A stretch of DNA of 64,000 nt from Octopus vulgaris (GCA_951406725.2 CATOCA020000012.1:1-64000); one strand, 5' to 3'. Counted from the stretch's first letter, positions 1 through 14,401 are shown. Program-made: numbers and translations. Notes: a model not told the origin generated them from the letters alone.

Positions 1-3000
1 TACTTTACCAACATAACATCACTGAACACAGCAACGCTACCGAACGAGCGAACAAAAAAAAGTTTTGCGCTTCGGGCCGCGAGGCCCTGCCTGATATCGA
101 ACTCGTGACGTTTACTTTACCAACAAAACATCAAACACAGCAACGCTACCGAACGAGCGAACAAAAGAAAAAATTTTACGCTTCGGGCCGCGAGGCCTGA
201 CTGATATCGAACTCGTGACGTTTACTTTACCAACAAACATCACTGAACACAGCAACGCTACCGAACGAGCGAACAAAAGAAAAAAATTTACGCTTCGGGC
301 CGCGAGGCCCTGACTGATATCGAACTCGTGACGTTTACTTTACCAACAAAACATCACTGAACACAGCAACGCTACCGAACGAGCGAACAAAAGAAAAAAG
401 TTTTACGCTTCGGGCCGCGAGGCCTGACTGATATCGAACTCGTGACGTTTACTTTACCAACAAACATCACTGAACACAGCAACGCTACCGAACGAGCGAA
501 CAAAAGAAAAAAAAATTTACGCTTCGGGCCGCGAGGCCTGACTGATATCGAACTCGTGACGTTTACTTTACCAACAAACATCACTGAACACAGCAACGCT
601 ACGGAACGAGCGAACAAAAAAAAAAAAAAGTTTTACGCTTCGGGCCGCGAGGCCCTGCCTGATATCGAACTCGTGACGTTTACTTTACCAACAAAACATC
701 ACTGAACACAGCAACGCTACCGAACGAGCGAACAAAGAAAAAAAAAAATTTTAGCGCTTCGGGCCGCGAGGCCCTGACTGATATCGAACTCGTGACGTTT
801 ACTTTACCAACAAACATCACTGAACACAGCAACGCTACCGAACGAGCGAACAAAAAAAAAAAAAAAAAAGTTTTGCGCTTCGGGCCGCGAGGCCCTGACT
901 GATATCGAACTCGTGACGTTTACTTTACCAACAAAACATCACTGAACACAGCAACGCTACCGAACTTTACCAACAAAACATCACTGAACACAGCTACGCT
1001 GCTCGAACAGCGAAAAAAGAAAAAAAAAATTTTAGCTTCGGGCCGCGAGGCCCTGACTGATATCGAACTCGTGACGTTTACTTTACCAACAAACATCACT
1101 GAAGACAGCAACGCTACCGAACGAGCGAACAAAAAAAAAGTTTGCGCTTTGGGCCGCGAGGCCCTGACCTGATATCGAACTCGTGACGTTTACTTTACCA
1201 ACAAAACATCACTGAACACAGCAACGCTACCGAACGAGCGAACAAAAGAAAAAAATTTACGATGCTTCGGGCCGCGAGGCCCTGACTGATATCGAACTCG
1301 TGACGTTTACTTTACCAACATAACATCACTGAAATTCATTGCAGCAACGCTACCGAACGAGCGAACAAAAAAAAAAAAGTTTTGCGCTTCGGGCCGCGAG
1401 GCCCCTGACTGATATCGAACTCGTGACGTTTACTTTACCAACAAAACATCACTGAACACAGCAACGCTACCGAACGAGCGAACAAAAGAAAAAAAAAAAT
1501 TTACGCTTCGGGCCGCGAGGCCCTGACTGATATCGAACTCGTGACGTTTACTTTACCAACAAACATCACTGAACACAGCAACGCTACCGAACGAGCGAAC
1601 AAAAAAAAAATAAATCTTGCGCTTCGGGCCGCGAGGCCCTGCCTGATATCGAACTCGTGACGTTTACTTTACCAACAAAACATCACTGAACACAGCAACG
1701 CTACCGAACGAGCGAACAAAAGAAAAAAAAAAAATTTACGCTTCGGGCCGCGAGGCCCTGCCTGATATCGAACTCGTGACGTTTACTTTACCAACAAAAC
1801 ATCACTGAACAACGCAACGCTACGGAACGAGCGAACAAAAAAAAAAAAAAAGTTTTACGCTTCGGGCCGCGAGGCCCTGACTGATATCGAAATCGTGACG
1901 TTTACTTTACCAACAAACATCACTGAACACAGCAACGCTACCGAACGAGCGAACAAAAAAAAAAAAGTTTTGCGCTTCGGGCCGCGAGGCCCTGACTGAT
2001 ATCGAACTCGTGACGTTTACTTTACCAACAAAACATCACTGAACACAGCAACGCTACCGAACGAGCGAACAAAAAGAAAAAAAATTTTACGCTTCGGGCC
2101 GCGAGAGCCCTGACTGATATCGAACTCGTGACGTTTACTTTACCAACATAACATCACTGAACACAGCAACGCTACCGAACGAGCTGAACAAAAAAAAAAG
2201 TTTCGCCATCGGGCCGCGAGGCCCTGACTGATGTCGAACTCGTGACGTTTACTTTACCAGCAAAGCATCACTGAACACAGCAACGCTACCGAACGAGCGA
2301 ACAAAAAAAAAAGCTTTACGCTTCGGGCCGCGAGGCCCTGCCTGATATCGAACTCGTGACGTTTACTTTACCAACAAAACATCACTAAACACCGCAACGC
2401 TACCGAACGAGCGAACAAAAGAAAAAAAAATTTACGCTTCGGGCCGCGAGGCCCTGCCTGAATATCGAACTCGTGACGTTTACTTTACCAACATAACATC
2501 ACTGAACACCGCAACGCTACCGAACGAGCGAACAAAAAAAAAAAAAAAAAAGTTTTACGCTTCGGGCCGCGAGGCCCTGCCTGATATCGAACTCGTGACG
2601 TTTACTTTACCAACATAACATCACTGAACAACGCAGCAACGCTACCGAACGAGCGAACAAAAAAAAAAAAGTTTTACGCTTCGGGCCGCGAGGCCACGAC
2701 TGATATCGAACTCGTGACGTTTACTTTACCAACATAACATCACTGAACACAGCAACGCTACCGAACGAGCGAACAAAAAAAAAAATAATATTACGCTTCG
2801 GGCCGCGAGGCCCTGACTGATATCGAACTCGTGACGTTTACTTTACCAACATAACATCACTGAACACAGCAACGCTACCGAACGAGCCAGCAAAAAAAAA
2901 AAAAAAAAAATGTTACGCTTCGGGCCGCGAGGCCATGCCTGATATCGAACTCGTGACGTTTACTTTACCAACAAAACATCACTGAACACAGCAACGCTAC

Positions 3001-3190
3001 CGAACGAGCGAACAAAAAAAAAATTAAAATTTTACGTTTCGGGCCGCGAGGCCCTGCCTGATATCGAACTCGTGACGTTTACTTTACCAACATAACATCA
3101 CAGCAACGCTACCGAACGAACGAACAACAAAATAAATAAATAAAAACGCAAAGCTACGGGCCGCGACGTCCTGGCTGATATCGAACTCAC
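1..3190. repeat. CpG-rich tandem satellite, ~118-122 bp monomer, about 26 copies, continuing past the left edge
   Basis: Monomer TTTACTTTACCAACAAAACATCACTGAACACAGCAACGCTACCGAACGAGCGAAC(A)nGTTTTACGCTTCGGGCCGCGAGGCCCTGACTGATATCGAACTCGTGACG repeated head-to-tail. Variation is mostly A-tract length; the last monomer (~3098-3190) is diverged. Confidence 0.97.
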
Positions 3191-3398
3191 GAACGCGAGA
3201 GAAGGAGCGAACCACAGCGAAAAGCTACCGTACGCGGGCAAGTGCGGACAATTTTTGGCAAGGCAAACCGTTGTAGGACGATATCGAACTGGGAACAGTA
3301 TAGCAAGGCGTCCAGAAATTAACTGAGAATACGAATCTTGCCGGCTGGCTAATTTTTGCTTGATGTTCACCCCCTAATATTGTCTGGGCCCCCTTGGG

Positions 3399-3676
3399 GT
3401 GCGACGGTCACCTAGAGCGTGACTATCCAGCCGGGGCCGATCCGTTTTCTTGCGGTCTGAGCACCTCCTACGACTTACGGGTCGGACCACGTCGCTGTTT
3501 TTACCCGATACGTGGACGATATCGCGCGTTTAGTTTCGTGCTTTCGATTTCACGCACAGTACGGCGGCGGAGACGCAGGCGACCGGCGTGCGACGGTCAC
3601 CTAGAGCGTGACTATCCAGCGTGGGCCGATCCGTAAGCTTACGGGTCTGATTTTTTTAATTACGGGTCAGTCCACG
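3399..3676. repeat. Two-copy imperfect direct repeat, period ~189 bp
   Basis: GTGCGACGGTCACCTAGAGCGTGACTATCCAGC at 3399 and 3588, each followed by GGGCCGATCCGT...GGTCTGA...TTACGGGTC...CCACGT. Confidence 0.9.
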
Positions 3677-3713
3677 TATGTGTATTTTCCCGGTGCATAT
3701 CGTAAGGTGAAGG

Positions 3714-3887
3714 ATAAATTTACCGGATGTTTACGTTTTGCTATACGACAACGCGGCGTGACGCGGTGATCGTATGCGAAACTTTGTATTATCTTCCCGA
3801 TAGCCACCACGCTAGAGTTTTGTTGACATTGCTTCGTACCGTAACTTGAAGCATAAATTCACCGGATGTTTACGTTTTGCTATACGA
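3714..3887. repeat. Two-copy ~35-bp direct repeat
   Basis: ATAAATTT/CACCGGATGTTTACGTTTTGCTATACGA at ~3714-3749 and ~3853-3887. Confidence 0.9.
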
Positions 3888-4321
3888 GCACGCGGGCCAA
3901 AGGCGTAGCTGGCGGCCCCACGGTGGCACTTTTTGTTTTCTTTACGATTAAAGAAACCACGACTTCCCTGTTGTTTTGTTCGTAATGTAGCGTTCGTAAT
4001 TTCGATATTAGCAATTTCGATTTTACGTGAAAAATAAAATCATTTAACTTGTTATTTTTCGACTGAAATAAGCCCGTCGTATATAAATAAATATATATAT
4101 ATATATGTGTGTGTCTGTTTGTCCCTCCCCCGAACATCGCTTGACAACCGACGCTGGAGGTGTTTACATCCCCGTCAATTAGCCGCTTGGCACGAACCTC
4201 TAGGCTAAGAATAAGTATTGGGATCGATTTGCTCGACTAAAGACGGTGCTCAACATGGCCACAGTCAAATGACTGAAACAAGGTAAATTAAAACGTATAT
4301 ATATATGTTCTTTTATATATG

Positions 4322-4378
<57 letters not shown>

Positions 4379-4391
4379 GTATATGTTTATG

Positions 4392-4424
<33 letters not shown>

Positions 4425-4917
4425 GTTATTTTATTTTACTTGTTTCAGTCATTTGGAAGTGGCCATGCTGGAGCACCGACTTTAGTCGAGCAAATCGATC
4501 AGGCCGTCAAGAAGGCTATCCATATGCTAGAAATAGCAGCCAAAGCTAACGAAAGTACGATAAAATAAGTCCAACAATGGTTGTAATTTTTATTCTTGGT
4601 TAAGATTTTTAACATTAGTTCACTCGATTAGCTGTGTAGCAAATGAATTATTGTCTAACTCTGACAGCCGTAAATGAGCAGGTAATACGACTGGGATAAT
4701 CACAACTATTATCTAAGTACAAGGGTTAGGTAATCACAGGGTGATTTGGTTGCTATTTCTAGGATACTGAGCAACAATGCAGCGGCACTCTCTCTCTGAC
4801 TTATGTATGTATGTATGTATGTATGTAAGTATGTATGTATGTATGTATGTTTCTATGTATGTGTGTATGTATGTATGTGCGTTGTGTGTGTGTCTGTCTG
4901 TCTTTGTGTATATGTTA

Positions 4918-5622
4918 ATTTATCGACCCCGAAGGATGAAAGGCAAAGTCGACCTCGGCGGAATTTGAACTCAGACAGTAGCGGCAGACAACGTACCTAT
5001 TTCTTTATTACCCATAATGAGCTAAACACCCAGAAGACAAACAAAGACAGACAAAGGTATTAAGTCGATTATATTGACCCCAGTGCGTAACTGGTACTTA
5101 TATAATCGACCCCGAACGAATGAAAAGCAAGGCCGACCTCGGCGGAATTTGAACTCAGAGCGGAGCGGCAGACAAAATACCTATTTCTTAACTATCCACA
5201 AGGGGCTAAACGCACAGGGGACAAACAATGACAGACATACTGATTAAGGCGATTATATCGACCCCAGTGCGTAACTGGTACTTTATTTATCGACCCTGAA
5301 ATGATGAACGGCAAAGTCGACCTCGGTGGAACTTGAACTCAGAACGTAATAGCAGACGAAATACCTATTTCTTTACTACCCACAAGGGGCTACACACAGA
5401 GGGGACAAACAAGGACAGACAAAGCGATTAAGTCGATTACATCGACTCCAGTGCGCAACTGATACTTTATTTATCGACCCTGCAATGACTAGGTAAAGTC
5501 GACCTCGGCGAAATTTGAACTCAGAACATAACAGCAGACGAAATACCTATTTCTTTACTAGCCACAAGGGGCTACACACAGAGGGGACAAACAAGGACAG
5601 ACAAAGGGATTAAGTCGATTAC
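4918..5622 (-). repeat. Tandem array of ~180-bp monomers derived from 5'-truncated SINE B; paralogous arrays at ~11073-12046, ~16822-17890, ~22522-23610
   Basis: Monomers are the reverse complement of the intact SINE at 15861-16091 minus its first ~45 nt. Each keeps GAGTTCAAATTCC (B-box-like) on the minus strand. Confidence 0.88.
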
Positions 5623-5911
5623 AGCTGTGTAGTAAATTAATTATTGTCTAACTCTGATAGCCGTAAATGAGCAGGTAATACGACTGGGATAATCACAACT
5701 ATCATCTAAGTACAAGGGTTAGGTAATCACAGGGTGATTTGGTTGCTATTTCTAGGATACTGAGCAACAATGTAGCGGCACTCTCTCTCTGACTTATGTA
5801 TGTATGTATGTATGTATGTATGTATGTATGTATGTATGTATGTTTCTATGTTGTGTGTGTATGTATGTATGTGCGTGTGTGTGTGTGTCTGTCTGTCTTT
5901 GTGTATATGTT

Positions 5912-6034
5912 AATTTATCGACCCCGAAGGATGAAAGGCAAAGTCGACCTCGGCGGAATTTGAACTCAGACAGTAGCGGCAGACAACGTACCTATTTCTT
6001 TATTACCCACAATGGGCTAAACACCGTACTTATT

Positions 6035-6113
<79 letters not shown>

Positions 6114-6598
6114 GTGTAGGGTAGCGGCAGACGAAATACCTATTTCTTTACTACCCACAAGGGGCTAAACACAGGGGGGAAAAACAAGGACAGACAAACG
6201 GATTAAATCGATTATAATGACCCCAGTGCGTAGTAACTGGTACTTAATTTATCGACCCCGAAGGATGGAAGTCAAAGTCGACCTCGGCGGAATTTGAACT
6301 CAGACCGTAGTGGCAGACAACATACCAATTTCTTTACTACCCACAAGGGGCTAAACACAGAGGGGACAGACAAACGGATTAAGTCGATTATATTGACCCC
6401 AGTGCGTAATAACTGGTACTTATTTAATCGACCCCGAAAGAATGAAAAGCAAGGAAGTCGACCTCGGCGGAATTTGAACTCAGAGCGTAGCGGCAGACAA
6501 AATGCCTATTTCTTTACTACTCACAAGAGGCTAAACACAGAGGGGACAAACAAGGACAGACATACGGCGATTATATCGACTCCAGTGCGTAACTGGTA
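5912..6598 (-). repeat. Second SINE B-derived array, interrupted by a (TA)/(TG) microsatellite; paralogues at ~12315-13013, ~18185-18878, ~23805-24472
   Basis: Same GTCGACCTCGGCGGAATTTGAACTCAG...CCCACAAGGGGCTAAACAC monomers. Confidence 0.85.
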
Positions 6599-6599
6599 C

Positions 6600-6667
<68 letters not shown>

Positions 6668-6949
6668 GTAGATGTATATATATATATATATATAACAAGA
6701 TAAAGATTTTTATTTTTTCATGGACTTCAAAATTTGCCAGAAAATAATGGATCGTGCCAAGATTTTGTTGCTACTTCTAGCATGTAGAGATTACCTGTTA
6801 AAGCGTAATTTTTTATTTTGAAATATCTATCTATCTATATATTTACTACCCACAAGGGGCTAAACATAGAGGGGACAAACAAGGACAGACAAAGGGATTA
6901 AGTCGATTACATCGACCCAAGTGCGAAACTGGTACATATATATATTCTT

Positions 6950-7226
6950 TTATTCTTTTCTTTTACTTGTTTCAGTCATTTGACTGCGGCCATGCTGGAG
7001 CACCGCCATTAGTCGAACAACTCGACCGCGGGACTTATTCTGTTGCAATCCCAGTACTTATTCTATCGGTCTCTCTTGCCGATCGGGGACATAAGCACAC
7101 CAGCATCGGTTGTCAAGCAATGCTAGGGGACAAACAGACACACAAATACACACTCCAGTGGGACTGAACCCGCAACCATGTGGTTGGTAGACAAGCTACT
7201 TACCACACAGCCACTCCTGCGCCTAT
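6950..7226 (-). mobile_element. Internally deleted SINE A copy (paralogues ~13366, ~19245, ~24812, ~35350, ~46800)
   Basis: Reverse complement carries the head AGGCGCAGGAGTGGCTGTGTGGTAAG...GGGTTCAGTCCCACTG and the tail CCAGCATGGCCGCAGTCAAATGACTGAAACAAG. Confidence 0.85.
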
Positions 7227-7231
7227 ATATA

Positions 7232-7286
<55 letters not shown>

Positions 7287-7299
7287 TTATATATTTATG

Positions 7300-7365
<66 letters not shown>

Positions 7366-7618
7366 ATATCTATATATCTATACATGTGTGTGTGTGTATA
7401 TATATATATGTAGATGTATATATATATACATATATATAAAAAATAAAGGTCTTTATTTTTCATGTACTTCAAAATTTGCCAGAAAATAATGGATCGTAGC
7501 AATCTTTGCTGCTATTTCTAGCATGTAAAAATTGCCTGTTAAAGGGTAATTTTCTATTTTGAAATATATATATACATATGTATTTATTTATATATATATA
7601 TATACGTATATATATATA

Positions 7619-7654
<36 letters not shown>

Positions 7655-7947
7655 AATATATATAAATATATCTATATATCTATATATATATATATATATA
7701 TACATATATATATACATATATATGTATGTATGTACATATGTATGTCTCTCTCTCTCTCTCTCTCTGTCTTTTACGCTCTCTCTCTGTCTGTATTTAACTC
7801 ACTATCTAACATATAAGTTTCTCTCTCTCTCAATATAAAACTATTTTTCTCTATTATTACCCGTTGCTAAGCAACTCAGGGAAAAGGTGTGTGCGTGTGT
7901 GACTGTATTTTCAATTGTGTGTGTGTGTGAGTGTGTGTGTGTGTGTG

Positions 7948-7986
<39 letters not shown>

Positions 7987-8749
7987 GTGTGTGTGTGTGT
8001 GTGTTTGTCTGCGTGTATTTTTAAAATCTTCCGATTATCGCTGACTTGAAATATACATTTCATTTCGTTTGCCATTGTAAAGTTAGATTGTATCTGAGAC
8101 AGAATTGAAAATGCAAAGTTTCTGTTGACAGGATACCTGAATTTTCTGTATCTTTTGCTGACCCACCCCACTCACGCCATTTAATTTCATCAGTACTTAA
8201 GGCCTTCTTCTCTCTCTCTGTCTACCCCTCTCTCTCTGTCTACCTCTCTCTGTCTGTCTGTCTGTCTCTATTTAACTCACTATACAACATATAAGTTTCT
8301 CTCTCTCTCTCAATATAAAACTATTCTTCTTCTATTATTACCCGTTGCTAAGCAACTCAGGGAAAAAGGTGTGTGCGTGTGTGATTGTGTTTTTCAATTG
8401 TGTGTGTGTATGTGTGCGTTTGTGCCTTTCGACACCAGTGCGTGCGTGCGTAACGATACACACACAAACCTCCACAAACATAAACGCACAAAATTGAAAA
8501 AGACACAGTTACACACTCAAACACTCGCACACAGAAACGAAAATACACACGCACACTCACACTCACACACGCACACATACATACAGACAAACACCACACA
8601 CACACACACACACACACAAAAATGAAAATACACAGTTACACACTCACACGCACACACACACACGCACAAACTAGAGCGCACATACACACGCACACGCACA
8701 AGCAATGAACTGGAAACGCGCGCACGCAGACACAGAAAGGAAAGCACAC

Positions 8750-8783
<34 letters not shown>

Positions 8784-9146
8784 TTATGAATAGATTTTGT
8801 AGATGGAAACTGAAAGAAGCCCATCGTATATAAATGTATACATATATGTGTGTGTGTGAGTGTGTGTGTCTGTTTGTCCCCCTTCAACATCGCTTGACAA
8901 CCGATGCTGGGGTGTTTACATCCCCTGTCAATTAGCCGCTTGGTAAGAAACGCTAGGCTTGAAAAGAATAAGTCTTGGGATCGATTTGCTCGACTAAAGG
9001 CGTTGCTCCAGCATAGCCACAGTCAGATGACTGAAACAAGGAAAATAAAAACATATATATATATATATATGTATATGTTTATGTATATATATGTATATGT
9101 TTACGTATATATATATATATATATATATGGATATATATATATATAT

Positions 9147-9492
9147 AGGCGCAGGAGTGGCTGTGTGGTAAGTGGCTTGCTAACCAACCACTTGGCTCCG
9201 GGTTCAGTCCCACTGCGTGGCATCTTGGGCAAGTGTCTTCTGCTATAGCCCCGGGTCGACCAATGCCTTGTGAGTGGATTTAGTAGGACGGAAACTGAAA
9301 GAAACCTGTCGTATATATGTATATAGACTTAGGGGTGGCTGTGTGGTAAGTAGCTTGCTAACCAGCCACATGGCTCCGGGTTCAGTCCCACTGCGTGACA
9401 TCTTGGGCAAGTTTCTTCTGCTATAGCCCCGGGCCGACCAATGCCTTGTGAGTGGATTTTGTAGACGGAAACTGAAAGAAGCCTGTCGTATA
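9147..9492 (+). mobile_element. Tandem pair of SINE A 5' halves (paralogues ~15494-15838, ~21429-21775, ~27019-27362, ~37617-37960)
   Basis: A-box-like TGGCTGTGTGG, B-box-like GGTTCAGTCCC and CORE-like CTTGGGCAAGT, present twice. Confidence 0.85.
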
Positions 9493-9634
9493 TATGTATA
9501 TATATATATGTATATATTTATCTCTTATTATAAAAGGTAGATTTTATCTGCCTCCCTTTGTCAGTTATAGAAATCTACAATATAGGATTTCTTCAATTAC
9601 AATTTACCTGAGTATATATATATCTGTATATGTT

Positions 9635-9690
<56 letters not shown>

Positions 9691-10104
9691 TATGTATATA
9701 TATATATATATATATATATGTTATTTTATTTTACTTGTTTCAGTCATTTGGAAGTGGCCATGCTGGAGCACCGACTTTAGTCGAGCAAATCGATCAGGCC
9801 GTCAAGAAGGCTATCCATATGCTAGAAATAGCAGCCAAAGCTAACGAAAGTACGATAAAATAAGTCCAACAATGGTTGTAATTTTTATTCTTGGTTAAGA
9901 TTTTTAACATTAGTTCACTCGATTAGCTGTGTAGCAAATGAATTATTGTCTAACTCTGACAGCCGTAAATGAGCAGGTAATACGACTGGGATAATCACAA
10001 CTATTATCTAAGTACAAGGGTTAGGTAATCACAGGGTGATTTGGTTGCTATTTCTAGGATACTGAGCAACAATGTAGCGGCACTCTCTCTCTGACTTATG
10101 TATG

Positions 10105-10135
<31 letters not shown>

Positions 10136-10315
10136 GTATGTATGTTTGTATGTATGTTTCTATGTATGTGTGTATGTATGTATGTGCGTGTGTGTGTGTG
10201 TCTGTCTGTCTTTGTGTATATGTGAATTTATCGACCCCGAAGGATGAAAGGCAAAGTCGACCTCGGCGGAATTTGAACTCAGACAGTAGCGGCAGACAAC
10301 GTACCTATTTCTTTA

Positions 10316-11072
10316 CTAGCAGTATCGCCCGGCGTTGCTCAGGTTTGTAAGGGAAATAACTATAAAGCATTTTTAGAGAGTTATAGCCAAAACATAGAAA
10401 AAAAATGATGGTAAATTTTTTTTTGAGAGTTAAAACAGGTGGAGTTGCGTCCCCTAGACGGTCTGTGGTTTGGGTTTCTCATTCTCGACCCCATGTCGAA
10501 TTTATCGATTTTTTTCAGAACTGGGGGAACTTTTCAAAATTTTCGCTGCGTTAGTTTTGAATTATGACATTGGGCTATGTGTGTGTCAAGTTTCATCAGA
10601 ATCGGTTGAAAGCCGTGGTCAGAGTGAGGGTACGAGAAAACAGACACACAGAAACACGCACAGACAAACTGCCGTTTATATAGAGAGAGATAGCAGTATC
10701 GCCCGGCGTTGCTCAGATTTGTAAGGGAAATAACTATAAAGCATTTTTAGAGAGTTATAGCCAAAAAATAACAAAAAAATGGAAAAAAAATGATGGTAAA
10801 TTTTTTTGAGAGTTAAAACAGGTGGAGTTGCGTCCCCTAGACGGTCTGTGGTTTGGGTTTCTCATTCTCGACCCCATGTCGAATTTATCGATTTTTTTCA
10901 GAACTGGGGAACTTTTCAAAATTTTCGCTGCGTTAGTTTTGAATTATGACATTGGGCTATGTGTGTGTCAAGTTTCATCAGAATCGGTTGAAAGCCGTGG
11001 TCAGAGTGAGGGTACGAGAAAACAGACACACAGAAACACGCACAGACAAACTGCCGTTTATATAGAGAGAGA
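10316..11072 (-). mobile_element. Non-autonomous Helitron, head-to-tail dimer (10316-10690 and 10691-11072)
   Basis: Minus strand starts TCTCTCTCTATATAAACGGCAG and ends GCAACGCCGGGCGATACTGCTAG. It is inserted between A and T with no TSD; the empty site CTTTA|TTACCCA is seen in paralogous units at ~5006, ~16912 and ~22612. Confidence 0.93.
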
Positions 11073-12437
11073 TTACCCACAATGAGCTAAACACCCAGAA
11101 GACAAACAAAGACAGACAAAGGTATTAAGTCGATTATATTGACCCCAGTGCGTAACTGGTACTTATATAATCGACCCCGAACGAATGAAAAGCAAGGCCG
11201 ACCTCGGCGGAATTTGAACTCAGAGCGGAGCGGCAGACAAAATACCTATTTCTTAACTACCCACAAGGGGCTAAACGCACAGGGGACAAACAATGACAGA
11301 CATACTGATTAAGGCGATTATATCGACCCCAGTGCGTAACTGGTACTTTATTTATCGACCCTGAAATGATGAAAGGCAAAGTCGACCTCGGCGGAATTTG
11401 AACTCAGGACGTAACCGCAGACGTAATATACCTATTTCTTTACTACCCACAAGGGGCTAAACACAGAGGGGACAGACAAACGGATTAAGTCGATTACATC
11501 GACCCCAGTGCGTAACTGGTACCCAAATTATCGACCCTGAAATGATGAAAGGTAAAGTCGACCTCGGCGGAATTTGAACTCAGAACGTAACGACAGACGA
11601 AATACCTATTTCTTTACTACCCACAAGTGGCTAAACACAGAGGGGACAGACAAACGGATTAAGTCGATTACATCGACTCCAGTGCGAAACTGGTACTTTA
11701 TTTATCGACCCTGAAATGATGAACGGCAAAGTCGACCTCGGTGGAACTTGAACTCAGAACGTAATAGCAGACGAAATACCTATTTCTTTACTACCCACAA
11801 GGGGCTACACACAGAGGGGACAAACAAGGACAGACAAAGGGATTAAGTCGATTACATCGACTCCAGTGCGCAACTGGTACTTTATTTATCGACCCTGCAA
11901 TGACTAGGTAAAGTCGACCTCGGCGAAATTTGAACTCAGAACATAACAGCAGACGAAATACCTATTTCTTTACTACCCACAAGGGGCTACACACAGAGGG
12001 GACAAACAAGGACAGACAAAGGGATTAAGTCGATTACATCGATTACAGCTGTGTAGTAAATTAATTATTGTCTAACTCTGACAGCCGTAAATGAGCAGGT
12101 AATACGACTGGGATAATCACAACTATCATCTATGTACAAGGGTTAGGTAATCACAGGGTGATTTGGTTGCTATTTCTAGGATACTGAGCAACAATGTAGC
12201 GGCATTATCTCTCTGACTTATGTATGTATGTAAGTATGTATGTATGTATGTATGTTTCTATGTATGTATGTATGTATGTGCGTGTGTGTGTCTGTCTGTC
12301 TTTGTGTATATGTTAATTTATCGACCCCGAAGGATGAAAGGCAAAGTCGACCTCGGCGGAATTTGAACTCAGACAGTAGCGACAGACAACGTACCTATTT
12401 CTTTATTACCCACAATGGGCTAAACACCTTACTTATT

Positions 12438-12526
<89 letters not shown>

Positions 12527-13014
12527 GTGTAGGGTAGCGGCAGACGAAATACCTATTTATTTACTACCCACAAGGGGCTAAACACAGGGGGGAAAACAAG
12601 GACAGACAAACGGATTAAATCGATTATAATGACCCCAGTGCGTAGTAACTGGTACTTAATTTATCGACCCCGAAGGATGGAAGTCAAAGTCGACCTCGGC
12701 GGAATTTGAACTCAGACCGTAGTGGCAGACAACATACCACCTATCTTTACTACCCGCAAGGGGCTAAACACCGAGAAGACAAGCAACGACAGACAAAGTA
12801 TTAAGTCGATTATATTGACCGCAGTGCGTAACTGGTACTTATTTAATCGACCCTGAAAGAATGAAAAGCAAGGTCGACCTCGGGGAATTTGAACACAGAG
12901 CGTAGCGGCAGACAAAATACCTATTTCTTTACTACTCACAAGAGGCTAAACACAGAGGGGACAGACAAGGACAGACATACGGCGATTATATCGACTCCAG
13001 TGCGTAACTGGTAC

Positions 13015-13066
<52 letters not shown>

Positions 13067-13646
13067 ATATATATATATATGTAGATGTATATATATATAT
13101 ATATATATATAACAAGATAAAGATTTTTATTTTTCATGGACTTCAAAATTTGCCAGAAAATAATGGATCGTGCCAAGATTTTGTTGCTACTTCTAGCATG
13201 TAGAGATTACCTGTTAAAGCGTAATTTTCTATTTTGAAATATCTATATATCTATATATTTACTACCCACAAGGGGCTAAACATAGAGGGGACAAACAAGG
13301 ACAGACAAAGGGATTAAGTCGATTATATCGACCCTAGTGCGAAACTGGTACATATATATATTCTTTTATTCTTTTCTTTTACTTGTTTCAGTCATTTGAC
13401 TGCGGCCATGCTGGAGCACCGCCATTAGTCGAGCAACTCGACCCCGGGACTTATTCTTTTGCAATCCCAGTACTTATTCTATCGGTCTCTCTTGCCGATC
13501 GGGGACATAAGCACACCAGTATCGGTTGTCAAGCAATGCTAGGGGACAAACACAGACACACAAATACACACTCAGTGGGACTGAACCCGCAACCATGTGG
13601 TTGGTAGACAAGCTACTTACCACACAGCCACTCCTGCGCCTATATT

Positions 13647-13697
<51 letters not shown>

Positions 13698-13710
13698 TTA
13701 TATATTTATG

Positions 13711-13772
<62 letters not shown>

Positions 13773-13988
13773 ATATATCTATACATATGTGTGTGTGTGT
13801 GTATGTATATATGTAGATGTATATATATATACATATATAAAAAAATAAAGGTCTTTATTTTTCATGTACTTCAAAATTTGCCAGAAAATAATGGATCGTA
13901 GCAATCTTTGCTGCTATTTCTAGCATGTAAAAATTGCCTGTTAAAGGGTAATTTTCTATTTTGAAATATATATATACATATATATATT

Positions 13989-14058
<70 letters not shown>

Positions 14059-14152
14059 TTTAAATATATATATATAAATATGTATATATCTATATATATA
14101 TATATATAAATATATATATATATACATATATATATGTATGTATGTACATATG

Positions 14153-14187
<35 letters not shown>

Positions 14188-14331
14188 TTTACGCTCTCTC
14201 TCTGTCTGTATTTAACTCACTATCTAACATATAAGTTTCTCTCTCTCTCAATATAAAACTACTTTTCTCTATTATTACCCGTTGCTAAGCAACTCAGGGA
14301 AAAGGTGTGTGCGTGTGTGACTGTATTTTCA

Positions 14332-14401
<70 letters not shown>

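Noticed and set aside
1-3130. CRISPR array, 5S rRNA array or hammerhead ribozyme in the 120-bp repeat
   Set aside because: No unique spacers (only A-tract length varies) and the context is eukaryotic. No similarity to 5S rRNA. CTGACTGA lies 3' of the hairpin and there is no CUGANGA-stem-GAAA order on either strand.
9147-9225. tRNA genes at SINE heads
   Set aside because: A/B boxes are present but there is no convincing cloverleaf, and they continue into SINE body sequence.
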